Positions 16,147 through 24,073 of a stretch of 25,889 bases of DNA are shown here, piece after piece. Every line of letters begins with the position of its first letter. The first letter of the stretch is position 1. The notes below the pieces were generated by a model. That model saw only the letters and a list, made by a program, of their open reading frames with translations. It made no database searches and had not been told where the DNA came from. The DNA is taken from positions 1 through 25,889 of IMG/VR virus record IMGVR_UViG_3300020045_005572; one strand, 5' to 3'. The position numbers and the translations under genes were made by a program. This DNA comes from a virus (Duplodnaviria > Caudoviricetes).

Positions 16147-18104
16147 TCTTCTTTACCTCCATTTATTTGTAATTCTTTGTATTTTTCGTCAACTACTAAT
16201 TTAATCACTTGCAACTCCGTTTCTAACAACTGGGTAACACTTTCGGCGTTGTCCACGATCAGCGGCATCTCCGCGCCCCAATGATTCGACAGTGCATCGA
16301 TGATCTCGATACCGGCATTAATCTTGCCGGCATTGTTGGCGGTTCCAAATGGGATCAGTCCCTCGGCACATGGCACCATAACCTCGCAGCACTCTTTTAG
16401 GCCACCGTTTATCTGATCATCGAATAACTTGAACCGGACGTTTTTAAACCGGTTATTAATGCTTTCAGTCAGCATGGATACCTTGGCCTTGATGAACTGT
16501 TCGCACAGGAAAACATTGGCTTCCAGCTTTTCGTATTCAGCGGCCAGACCTTCCTCTTGAAGTTTCAGCTCTGCGATCCGCAATTCCTGTTTTTCGGCTG
16601 TTTTGTAATCAGAAAGTTTATCTTTCAGGCCGGATACTTTGGCCTTAATCTGGTCGATTTCGCCGTTTAATTTGGCAATCTGTGGAGCAATATCGGCAAC
16701 TGGGGTGTTGATCTTATTGGTAATTTCATTCAACTCAGACTGTAACGCCTTGCCTATCGCCGTAGCTGCGAATGGAACCGGATCTTTGACTAATCCAAGG
16801 GCTGCCTGGTGGGCTTGTTGCAACTCTTTGAGTCCGTCGCCGGCTTTAATAAGATTTGCTTCTTCCAGTTTAAGATCAGCGACCAGCTTTTCCAGAATGG
16901 CCTTGCTGCAATTTTCAGATCCTTCTTTATTAATTGCCTCAAGCTGTTTTGACTTGCTGAGATTAAAAGCTGCTTTCGCTTCTTCAATCTTTTCTAGTTG
17001 CAACTCCTGTCCACATGTTGGGCAAATCTTCTCACCATCCCATTGCTGTGCTGCAACTGCACGATATTTCCCCGATAATTTAACTTGCTGTTCTCGCTTA
17101 TAAGCGATTGTCGATTCAAATTCAAGCACTTTTTTTCTTTGGCTATTGAAGGTAATCTCAGCATTTCTCACCAGATCCGCACTTTTGATCAGGGCCTCCG
17201 ACTGTTCAGACATTTCTTGATTCTGCAATCTGGCATACTCAGTCGATTTCTGGATTAGTTTGTTATTGATCTCTTTCTTCTTTTCGGTCAGAGCATCGTC
17301 GACCTTGCCGTTTTCAAGATTCAGCTTTTGTCTTTGCAGTTCGGCAATGTCTGCTTCATGCTCGATGATTTCTTTTTCGAAAGTTTTCGGGTAAATGTCG
17401 CCAACATCCGGTTTCGCCTTTTCAGCTTCATCAATCCGTGACGGGATGCTTTTCAGATCCTCATTGATCTTGGTCATGGATGACTTTGAAATCTTCAGAT
17501 AATCATCAATGGTAATCTTCTGACCATTTTCGCCGTTAATGATAGTTGCTAGCGGTGCCAGCTCTTCACTGGATGCAATGACCTGATCATCGGTGACGTC
17601 TCCACAAACTGACAGCAATAGTTCCCGCCGATCCGTCCATTTAAGATCTACTGGGAAGAAAAAGGGATTGGTCAAGACCTTGGCCATTTCAGGACTACAG
17701 ATCTGCTCAATGCGCTTGGCATACTCGCCAGCTTTAACCGGGATATCATTCAAATAATATTCAGTAGTGTGGCCAGTAAAAGTACTTTTCGATGCGCCCC
17801 GCTTTTTAGTCCAGATCTCCATGAATTCTTTTTTAAGCTTCAACCGCTGGCCGGTATCTGCGAAGGTCGCCTCCACACTATGAGCTAGGTTATGAACTTC
17901 TTCTCCGTTGGCGTGTAATGTCTTGGGCGAAAAGTTCTTTCCGCCATCCAACGGCTTGTCATATAGCAGCCAGGTAATGGCGTTGCCGATGGTGGTCTTG
18001 CCGGTAGCATTGTCGCCCCGGACTTCAATGTCCGTCCCATCCGACGTGATTGCCAGAGATTTAATCCCCTGAAAATTTTTGAGTTCTAAAGATAGTAATT
18101 TCAT
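16128..18104 (-). CDS. Rad50/SbcC-like coiled-coil ABC ATPase
   Basis: 'LELKNFQGI', Walker A 'GDNATGKTT', long coiled coil, zinc hook 'CPTCGQ', Walker B 'LIVDNAES'. Confidence 0.88.
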   Translation of the reverse strand: MKLLSLELKNFQGIKSLAITSDGTDIEVRGDNATGKTTIGNAITWLLYDKPLDGGKNFSPKTLHANGEEVHNLAHSVEATFADTGQRLKLKKEFMEIWTKKRGASKSTFTGHTTEYYLNDIPVKAGEYAKRIEQICSPEMAKVLTNPFFFPVDLKWTDRRELLLSVCGDVTDDQVIASSEELAPLATIINGENGQKITIDDYLKISKSSMTKINEDLKSIPSRIDEAEKAKPDVGDIYPKTFEKEIIEHEADIAELQRQKLNLENGKVDDALTEKKKEINNKLIQKSTEYARLQNQEMSEQSEALIKSADLVRNAEITFNSQRKKVLEFESTIAYKREQQVKLSGKYRAVAAQQWDGEKICPTCGQELQLEKIEEAKAAFNLSKSKQLEAINKEGSENCSKAILEKLVADLKLEEANLIKAGDGLKELQQAHQAALGLVKDPVPFAATAIGKALQSELNEITNKINTPVADIAPQIAKLNGEIDQIKAKVSGLKDKLSDYKTAEKQELRIAELKLQEEGLAAEYEKLEANVFLCEQFIKAKVSMLTESINNRFKNVRFKLFDDQINGGLKECCEVMVPCAEGLIPFGTANNAGKINAGIEIIDALSNHWGAEMPLIVDNAESVTQLLETELQVIKLVVDEKYKELQINGGKEEWQQIA

Positions 18105-18112
18105 AATCCCTC

Positions 18113-18271
18113 CTAATTTCCTACATACAACCGGGCCTTAACCCGCATCAGTGACCGCATGGCCCGGTTGGGGCTCGTTGGCCAGCAATAATAGCAAACG
18201 AAACTGTTTACATCGACCGGTTGGTCTACATCAAATATCATCCCGCATAACGTGCATTGTCGTTCGTGCAT
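18113..18271 (-). CDS. Cys-rich microprotein (52 aa), not in the ORF track
   Basis: GGAGG RBS; MHERQCTLCGMIFDVDQPVDVNSFVCYYCWPTSPNRAMRSLMRVKARLYVGN (two CxxC). Confidence 0.6.
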   Translation of the reverse strand: MHERQCTLCGMIFDVDQPVDVNSFVCYYCWPTSPNRAMRSLMRVKARLYVGN

Positions 18272-18383
18272 TTTTTAATCCTCCAATTAATTTTCATTTA
18301 TCGATTCAAAACAAATTCGTCCTTCGCTAAAATCCTCACCGCATTCCAAACAAAGAAATGTTTCGGTATATTCATCGCCGTTT

Positions 18384-18563
18384 TCAAGTCACAAGCCCCC
18401 CGCCTTCACATCGCCCTAGCGCTTTATATTCCGGCTCCAATCCATTGGCTTGTCTAAATTTATCGATGGCTTCCTGAAACTTATTCGGGTTGCCGATCCG
18501 CTCCGCATAGTCTCTTTTCTTGCTTACATAATAAGCAGTCGAATACTTTTCGCCTCGCTCCAT
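18384..18563 (-). CDS. Hypothetical protein (59 aa), not in the ORF track
   Basis: GAGGT RBS; MERGEKYSTAYYVSKKRDYAERIGNPNKFQEAIDKFRQANGLEPEYKALGRCEGGGLVT. Confidence 0.5.
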   Translation of the reverse strand: MERGEKYSTAYYVSKKRDYAERIGNPNKFQEAIDKFRQANGLEPEYKALGRCEGGGLVT

Positions 18564-18566
18564 GGG

Positions 18567-18797
18567 CTACCTCGCAACCCGGCGGTGTTGGATTTGAACT
18601 ACTTTGCTGTTTGCCCCTTTGACTGGGGCCTGCAACCCGCTGACTTCTTCCAGGTCGGTGATCATCTCGCTGATAATCTTTACGGCCACACCGATGCTGC
18701 CTTTCTGGATAAAGTTAAAGAACTTGGTTTTTTCGCTCATCGCCTCATAAGCTTCTTTCTTGCCAGCCAACTTGCATAATAAATTCTGCATGTCCAT
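18567..18797 (-). CDS. Hypothetical phage protein
   Basis: 76-aa ORF with AGGAG RBS. Confidence 0.6.
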   Translation of the reverse strand: MDMQNLLCKLAGKKEAYEAMSEKTKFFNFIQKGSIGVAVKIISEMITDLEEVSGLQAPVKGANSKVVQIQHRRVAR

Positions 18798-18865
18798 GTT
18801 TTTTCTCCTAAAAATATTCCCCCGATTTTAAATACCAGAGCCGGGAAGGAGGTTGAACCCGACCC

Positions 18866-18894
18866 TTGATTTCCGCATCCTGATGTGGTAAAAT
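18866..18894 (+). promoter_or_regulatory. Antisense sigmaA promoter
   Basis: TTGATT 18866-18871, 17-bp spacer, extended -10 TGgTAAAAT (TAAAAT 18889-18894). Confidence 0.7.
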
Positions 18895-18900
18895 TCTTGT

Positions 18901-18960
18901 ATAGTAATTTCATATGTTTTTTTGAAGGCATCCGCTGTAACGGGTGTCTTTCTTTTTTTT
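18901..18960 (+). ncRNA. Putative ~60-nt antisense small RNA ending in an intrinsic terminator
   Basis: 11-bp stem GAAGGCATCCG / CGGGTGTCTTT (18924-18951) with G-U pairs valid only on the + strand, followed by a T run. Start is estimated. Confidence 0.55.
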
Positions 18961-19141
18961 ATGCACTTTTGCTACCTTTTGCGTTTTTCATCACTTCGTC
19001 GTAAGGTGTGATGAATGCTGCGATGTTAAGTTCGATCTTTGATGCTTCAATGAGTTGTTCGTGTGTAAAAATCCCATACTCTGCCAGTGCCTTTTTCTGC
19101 ACTTCCAAGTCAACCCCGCGCGAATAATCTTTCTCCTTCAT
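18959..19141 (-). CDS. Hypothetical phage protein
   Basis: Likely start MKEKDY with GGAGG RBS. Confidence 0.55.
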   Translation of the reverse strand: MKEKDYSRGVDLEVQKKALAEYGIFTHEQLIEASKIELNIAAFITPYDEVMKNAKGSKSA

Positions 19142-19709
19142 AATTTGCGGACCTCCTTTCATTCATAATTAAGTGTTTTCTGGGTTGTATTTTTTTTGTT
19201 ATTTTTTGTGGAACTATTGTTTTATCCATGGCCGACACTGCAAAGCCGATATTGGCGATGGTGCTTTCGAGCAGTTCCTTAACAAACGAGCTGGCGATGT
19301 CCATCTCTTCCTCGTCGATCTGTCCGTCAAGCACTACCCGCCGCATTTGCCTGTCCATCGCCTGAACGTCTTCCAGCTCAACCTGGTAATTTATAAATGC
19401 CTCCGATAGACTGTTTGACTTTGCATCGCAAAAGATACTGCCGAATATTTGATTTGTCTCACGCAGGTACATGATCCCCATGTAAAGCTGTCGCATCTTA
19501 CGGTGAGTCGGATCAGGGTCGGTAATGTAGAGATCCATCATTTCCAGTACGATTTCCTCTGGTGGCATGTTTTTCCGTGAATAACTCGAATAGGTTTCAT
19601 AGTTGTAAAGGGTATGAATTGATATGCTCAGCGCACTTGCCGCCTCTTCCTGACTGATGCCGGAATGAAGTCTGTACATTTTGAGTACATTCTTGCAGTT
19701 ATCATTCAT
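19110..19709 (-). CDS. XRE HTH transcriptional regulator (possibly CII-like)
   Basis: 'KMYRLHSGISQEEAASALSISIHTLYNYE'; C-terminal 'DGQIDEEE'. Confidence 0.75.
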   Translation of the reverse strand: MNDNCKNVLKMYRLHSGISQEEAASALSISIHTLYNYETYSSYSRKNMPPEEIVLEMMDLYITDPDPTHRKMRQLYMGIMYLRETNQIFGSIFCDAKSNSLSEAFINYQVELEDVQAMDRQMRRVVLDGQIDEEEMDIASSFVKELLESTIANIGFAVSAMDKTIVPQKITKKIQPRKHLIMNERRSANYEGERLFARG

Positions 19710-19845
19710 TCTTTTTTGACTCCTTTCGTTATATAATTTTGGTATAAACCGCTAAGCAATCCCCGCTTGACTCTCAGGCCGCTCCCCGATTGGCCGATCC
19801 CAACATTTTATGCAGACGTTCTCTCCATTCCTCAGCCGGCCCCCG

Positions 19846-20205
19846 TTACAGTAGGCCGGCTTCTCCCATACATAAATCGCCCAGGTCAAAGAACTCATCC
19901 TGAGCATCCAGTAATTGTTGTTCAACAATATAATTTTCCAATTTTTCGCATTCTAGCTTTTTATCCATCCGCTGAAGATCTGCCATCGCCGCCGACAATA
20001 GGATTGATTTGAATTCAAGTTGGTTCTCCAACTCTAAGATGCGCTGGTCTTTATCAGCTACTTGGCCAAGTAAGGCATCAGACTTGTTTCTGAGCGTCGC
20101 TATCTCCGCCTGTTGGTTTTGGATGGTCTTTCGGTGCACCAGGTTTCCTTGGTTGCGGTTGTCTCTGTTCCACTCATTTTTTGTTGCGGTTGCTGTTTTA
20201 TTCAT
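19846..20205 (-). CDS. Coiled-coil hypothetical protein
   Basis: Heptad-rich; likely start MNKTATA (AGGAG RBS). Confidence 0.6.
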   Translation of the reverse strand: MNKTATATKNEWNRDNRNQGNLVHRKTIQNQQAEIATLRNKSDALLGQVADKDQRILELENQLEFKSILLSAAMADLQRMDKKLECEKLENYIVEQQLLDAQDEFFDLGDLCMGEAGLL

Positions 20206-20377
20206 TTGGTTCTCCTTCTCCGATTGCTTCACCGCTCCAACATTCTTTACAAACATCTTTTATAGCGCCTTCTTTGTGGTAATTGATGCCATCAGCGTGG
20301 GCTGGGCAATAGTTGCCAATTATCGTTTCGTCGTCCAATTCCGGCCACTTCTTTCGGCCTAGTTCTAAGTTAGTCAT
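20198..20377 (-). CDS. Small Cys-containing phage protein
   Basis: MTNLELGRKKWPELDD...YCP...CKECW; AGGAG RBS. Confidence 0.55.
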   Translation of the reverse strand: MTNLELGRKKWPELDDETIIGNYCPAHADGINYHKEGAIKDVCKECWSGEAIGEGEPNE

Positions 20378-20390
20378 GCGGTTCTCCTTT

Positions 20391-20639
20391 CTACTCAAAC
20401 TGATCATAAATATTATTTAGCATCTCCATAACCGGGCCATTCTTATACAGAACAAGTATTTCCGCTGGCCCGTGAATGAATCTGACATCGCCGGTTTTGC
20501 TATCGATCAAAATCGAATAGTCTGCACACTTCCCGGCGAAACTCGCCCCAACCGCCGTAACCTCTCCCGTATCCGGGTTGTGACAAACAGCTCCCCCAAT
20601 ACCATGGGCCGTCTCGACCAATTTTTCATAAAATGTCAT
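20391..20639 (-). CDS. Hypothetical phage protein
   Basis: 82-aa ORF with an ATGA overlap. Confidence 0.6.
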   Translation of the reverse strand: MTFYEKLVETAHGIGGAVCHNPDTGEVTAVGASFAGKCADYSILIDSKTGDVRFIHGPAEILVLYKNGPVMEMLNNIYDQFE

Positions 20640-21160
20640 ATCGCCGACTCCGTATCTTGATCAAGCATCGTTTTTGCCATTCCATCAATTTTCTGCTCTT
20701 GCATTCTTTTGTCCAAATCGATTTTGTTTTTTCTTTCTTCAATTGCTTTTTTATCCGGGTGCCAGGCATCAATTCCCTGCATTACATAGTCGTAATTCCG
20801 CTTCTTTGTTCTGGCAATTGAACTGCCGCAATTGTAATTTTTCTTTAAAAACCCATAGCAGTCACGAATATAAGTTTGGAAGTAAACGCTTGGGTATTCA
20901 CAGAATTTACGCACTCTCGTCATAACTCTGGAACGGAGCACTTTGTTTTGTTCATCAGTGATCTCGTAATCCAGTTCGAGGTTTGTGACCTTGGTGCTGA
21001 TTTCGTTTAGCATGGTATCATGCTCACTAACATCCTTTAATAACTGGGTGAGATTGGATTCCATTAAACCTAACCGCCGTTCAACGCTCTGCCCATGGAG
21101 CACGGTACTCTTTGCAATTTCCGCCAATTCAGTCAACTGTGTTCTTTGTACTTGTTGCAT
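20636..21160 (-). CDS. ORF6C-like domain protein (antirepressor-associated)
   Basis: Coiled coil then 'ITDEQNKVLRSRV...YGFLKKNYNCGSSIARTKKRNYDYVMQGIDAWHP'. Confidence 0.65.
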   Translation of the reverse strand: MQQVQRTQLTELAEIAKSTVLHGQSVERRLGLMESNLTQLLKDVSEHDTMLNEISTKVTNLELDYEITDEQNKVLRSRVMTRVRKFCEYPSVYFQTYIRDCYGFLKKNYNCGSSIARTKKRNYDYVMQGIDAWHPDKKAIEERKNKIDLDKRMQEQKIDGMAKTMLDQDTESAI

Positions 21161-21163
21161 TTT

Positions 21164-22033
21164 TTATTCTCCTTCAATGTTATTTTTGATGGTGTACAAC
21201 CACCCCTCAAGCGCATTCAATGCTGTCAGATAATCTTTCCGTTCATGACCATCAAGCAGGTCTGCGTAATCATTAATCCATGCCAAACCGCCAACATCGG
21301 TTAAAAAATTGTGGACTTTGCCGCAAAAGGTGATGGAACTTTTTTTCACCTTAGTCTCGATTGTTTTGCTGTCCGCTTCATATTGCTCAATTTTTCTGTT
21401 GAGTTCGTGAATTTTAACCAGTGCGTCACTTTCCCGCTTGGCCATCTGTTGGAACAGTTCCGGGGTAGTGTCTTCATCCATCCGCCGCTTTAGTTGTTGG
21501 TTTTTAAATTCAGCTATTTCCAGGTCTGTTTTGAGTCTTTCCAGTTCTGCTTTGGTTTCTCTATAATCCGCCGGGGCCACTTCGATTTCTTTGATTATTT
21601 CTTTGGTCACCTCGATTTCTTTTGGTTCCAGTAGTAGTTTTTGCTCAAGCTCTTGAATTTTCAGGTCAGCCTGCTTTTTAGCTTTGATCACTTCTTGCAG
21701 CTGCCTGGTGGTCATTTCGTCGATGGGGTTGGAGTTGATAAAGTCTTGTCGCTGGTCGGGCGGCAGGTCTAGCAAAGCGAAGATTTTTGTTTGCCCAATA
21801 TTCGCAATCGCTTGCGAATTTGGAAACTCACTTGCGACTTTCATAAATTGGTTTGCTGTTCTTTGGCTAAACTCAACCTTTTCTTCCAACCATTTTCCCC
21901 ATCCACCATGTGGCAATTGTGATTTAGCTTCAATCAATCTTTTGCCGATCTCGATGATCCCGGTAGCCGTCTGGTTTTTATAAAAATTGATCTCTGTTTC
22001 GATAACTTCAAGCGGTCTTTGTATCTCGTTCAA
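21164..22033 (-). CDS. DUF3102 domain protein
   Basis: 'IIEIGKRLIEAKSQLPHGGWGKWLEEKVEFSQRTANQFMKVA'; TTG start with AGGAG RBS. Confidence 0.8.
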   Translation of the reverse strand: MNEIQRPLEVIETEINFYKNQTATGIIEIGKRLIEAKSQLPHGGWGKWLEEKVEFSQRTANQFMKVASEFPNSQAIANIGQTKIFALLDLPPDQRQDFINSNPIDEMTTRQLQEVIKAKKQADLKIQELEQKLLLEPKEIEVTKEIIKEIEVAPADYRETKAELERLKTDLEIAEFKNQQLKRRMDEDTTPELFQQMAKRESDALVKIHELNRKIEQYEADSKTIETKVKKSSITFCGKVHNFLTDVGGLAWINDYADLLDGHERKDYLTALNALEGWLYTIKNNIEGE

Positions 22034-22046
22034 ACGGTTCTCCTTT

Positions 22047-22274
22047 CTAACTCGCTTTATTGCAAGTACTCATTTCGATTACCTCGTTGTCAAAAAAAAT
22101 TTCTTCAATCGGATATCCGAATATTAGTGAAATTTGATTCGCTTCTTCAAGCGAGAACTTTCTTTTTCCCCGCTCTTTTAGGCTATACGCATTTTTGCTT
22201 TTCAAACCAATCTTTGTAGCCATGTCACTTTGAGTATAACAATTCTTTTTTCTTAACTCTCTAAGTTTACTCAC
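22047..22274 (-). CDS. Cro-like XRE HTH regulator
   Basis: GGAGGT RBS and GTG at 22274; 'KLRELRKKNCYTQSDMATKIGLKSKNAYSLKERGKRKFS'; divergent from the repressor. Confidence 0.88.
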   Translation of the reverse strand: MSKLRELRKKNCYTQSDMATKIGLKSKNAYSLKERGKRKFSLEEANQISLIFGYPIEEIFFDNEVIEMSTCNKAS

Positions 22275-22398
22275 TTTATCACCTCCCCGTCTCTTAGTAC
22301 TCATATTGATTACTCATATAATATACTCAAAATGATTACTTGTCAAGTGTTGAGTGAACTTTTCGAGAACTTTATTTACAAGTAACCATTTTGTATAT
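22066..22398. promoter_or_regulatory. 17-bp repressor operator repeats, consensus GTAMTCA-N3-TGAKTAC
   Basis: GTACTCATTTCGATTAC 22066-22082; GTACTCATATTGATTAC 22297-22313; ATACTCAAAATGATTAC 22323-22339; weaker copies at 22354-22370 and 22382-22398. Confidence 0.75.
22318..22346 (-). promoter_or_regulatory. Lytic (cro) promoter
   Basis: Minus-strand TTGACA (22346-22341), 17 bp, TATTAT (22323-22318); an operator sits in the spacer. Confidence 0.75.
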
Positions 22399-22403
22399 AG
22401 AAT
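22375..22403 (+). promoter_or_regulatory. Lysogenic (cI) promoter
   Basis: TTTACA 22375-22380, 17 bp, TAGAAT 22398-22403; a weak operator sits in the spacer. Confidence 0.7.
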
Positions 22404-22434
22404 AGACTTAATAATAAGTAAAAGGAGATTCTTA

Positions 22435-23175
22435 ATGAAATTTGGGAATAGATTAAAAACACTGAGATTATCTAAAGATATGACCCAAGAAGAATTAGGG
22501 AGTCTTCTTGGGAAAACAAAAAACAGTATTTCGCAATACGAAACCGGAAAACGCGAACCTGATCTGGAAACGCTAATGATTATTTCCGAGTATTTTGATG
22601 TAACATTGGATTATCTATTGGGTAAAACCGAAAACCCTCATCACGGGGATTCTGATTATGAATTCGCGATTATGGTTGGGTCAAAAATTAGAACTTTAAT
22701 GAACTTAAGGGGAATCAGCGAGAAAGATTTTGAAGATAAATTTATGCCGAATCAACCTACTGAATTTGGATATTTTGATTTTAGTCATGTTGAGTCTGGG
22801 GAATATGGTTTTGGCATAAGCATAATTAAAGATATTGCAAAATTTTTCAATTCATCGGTTGATTACCTTATTGGAATTACTGATGACCCTGCCCCAAAAG
22901 ATAGTGCCAACCGAGACAAAACCGACCCCATCACCATCGCAGACTGGCCAGTCTTCATGGCATCCCTTCCAGAAGACCAGGCCATGCACTACCAGGGCGT
23001 AGATTATCCCGATGATCAAAAAATAGCCATCATGGAAGAAGCTGAAAAAGCAAAACAAAAGAAATTGAAAAAAATAAAACGGTTTGAAGATTTTACTGAC
23101 GATATCATAGATGAAGCATATCGATTTGCTAAATACCAAGACGAACAAAGAAAGAAAATGAACGATGAAAATTAA
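22435..23175 (+). CDS. CI-like prophage repressor with two tandem XRE HTH domains
   Basis: Start MKFGNRLK (AAGGAG RBS); HTH1 ends 'VTLDYLLG', HTH2 'VGSKIRTLM...SSVDYLIG'; no S24 peptidase motif recognisable. Confidence 0.85.
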   Translation: MKFGNRLKTLRLSKDMTQEELGSLLGKTKNSISQYETGKREPDLETLMIISEYFDVTLDYLLGKTENPHHGDSDYEFAIMVGSKIRTLMNLRGISEKDFEDKFMPNQPTEFGYFDFSHVESGEYGFGISIIKDIAKFFNSSVDYLIGITDDPAPKDSANRDKTDPITIADWPVFMASLPEDQAMHYQGVDYPDDQKIAIMEEAEKAKQKKLKKIKRFEDFTDDIIDEAYRFAKYQDEQRKKMNDEN

Positions 23176-23200
23176 CAGGCTTTATTAAAGTCTGTTTTTC
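23174..23200 (+). terminator. Putative terminator after cI
   Basis: AACAGGCTT-TATTA-AAGTCTGTT-TTT, imperfect stem. Confidence 0.45.
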
Positions 23201-23275
23201 AAATTATCAACAACAATTAATTTAATTCTAACTTGGTGTTAAGCAAAATAGTTTATACTGATAAGGAGTAGTTGT

Positions 23276-24061
23276 TTGGATTATGAACATGTAAAAGAAA
23301 TAGAGCGGCCAATAGGAAATGGATGTACAAAACCATTACTTGCACGCTTAAATAATGACATCCCGGTTGTTATTAAATTGTTCAACAACGTCGAGGGCAA
23401 TAAAACACTAATAAACGAACTTGTTTGTTATAAAATTGCGAAGTTGCTTAAATTGCCAATCCCAAATGCAATGCCATGTTTTATTGATTCCAATACCATT
23501 GACGGATTTAATGAGATTAAACCTGAAAATTATGGAGTGGCCTTTGCTTCCATGTACCTAGAAAAATCAACACCATTAAATCCGTTTGTCATCAGGAAGC
23601 TCTCAAATCTTGATGACTTTTATAAATTGCTGGTCTTTGACCATCTTATTTACAACAAAGACAGAAACATCAATAATTTGATTCTCCGTTTTAAGAAAAA
23701 TGATATGTCATTCTATCTGATTGATCATAGTCATGTATTTAAGAATGAAACAATATGGGATAAATATTGCTTTCAAACCGGAATAGCGACGTTTGACGTA
23801 CGAGATACCGAGATTTTAAACTCAAATCGCGATGCCTACAACATGTTTTACAGTCATCTATCAGTGTCCAAAGAAAAACTGACTGAATGCGCAAAACTGT
23901 TTGATGAAACGCTATCCTATGATATACTATCCGAGGTACTAAAATGCATTCCACCCCAATGGGGGATGACGCTTGAGGATTCGATTGCATTATTGGATTA
24001 TCTCGATTATCGATTAAACAATCTGGAAACAGTCTGCAATACTATTTACGAAAACCATTAA
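23276..24061 (+). CDS. HipA-like (PI3K/PI4K-fold) kinase
   Basis: Gly loop 'GNGCTKP', 'VVIK', 'LINELVC', catalytic 'FDHLIYNKDRNINNL', Mg-binding 'LIDHSHVF', C-terminal 'IPPQW'; TTG start with AAGGAG RBS. Confidence 0.85.
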   Translation: MDYEHVKEIERPIGNGCTKPLLARLNNDIPVVIKLFNNVEGNKTLINELVCYKIAKLLKLPIPNAMPCFIDSNTIDGFNEIKPENYGVAFASMYLEKSTPLNPFVIRKLSNLDDFYKLLVFDHLIYNKDRNINNLILRFKKNDMSFYLIDHSHVFKNETIWDKYCFQTGIATFDVRDTEILNSNRDAYNMFYSHLSVSKEKLTECAKLFDETLSYDILSEVLKCIPPQWGMTLEDSIALLDYLDYRLNNLETVCNTIYENH

Positions 24062-24073
24062 GGAGGTTCCAAA

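Noticed and set aside
18836-18870. tRNA-like GGTTCAACC on the minus strand
   Set aside because: No cloverleaf (acceptor, D and anticodon arms) could be built.
19705-19750. Third antisense promoter over the start of the 19709 HTH gene
   Set aside because: TATAAT (19732) and TTGACT (19716) are present but only 10 bp apart, and there is no clear U-tailed terminator.
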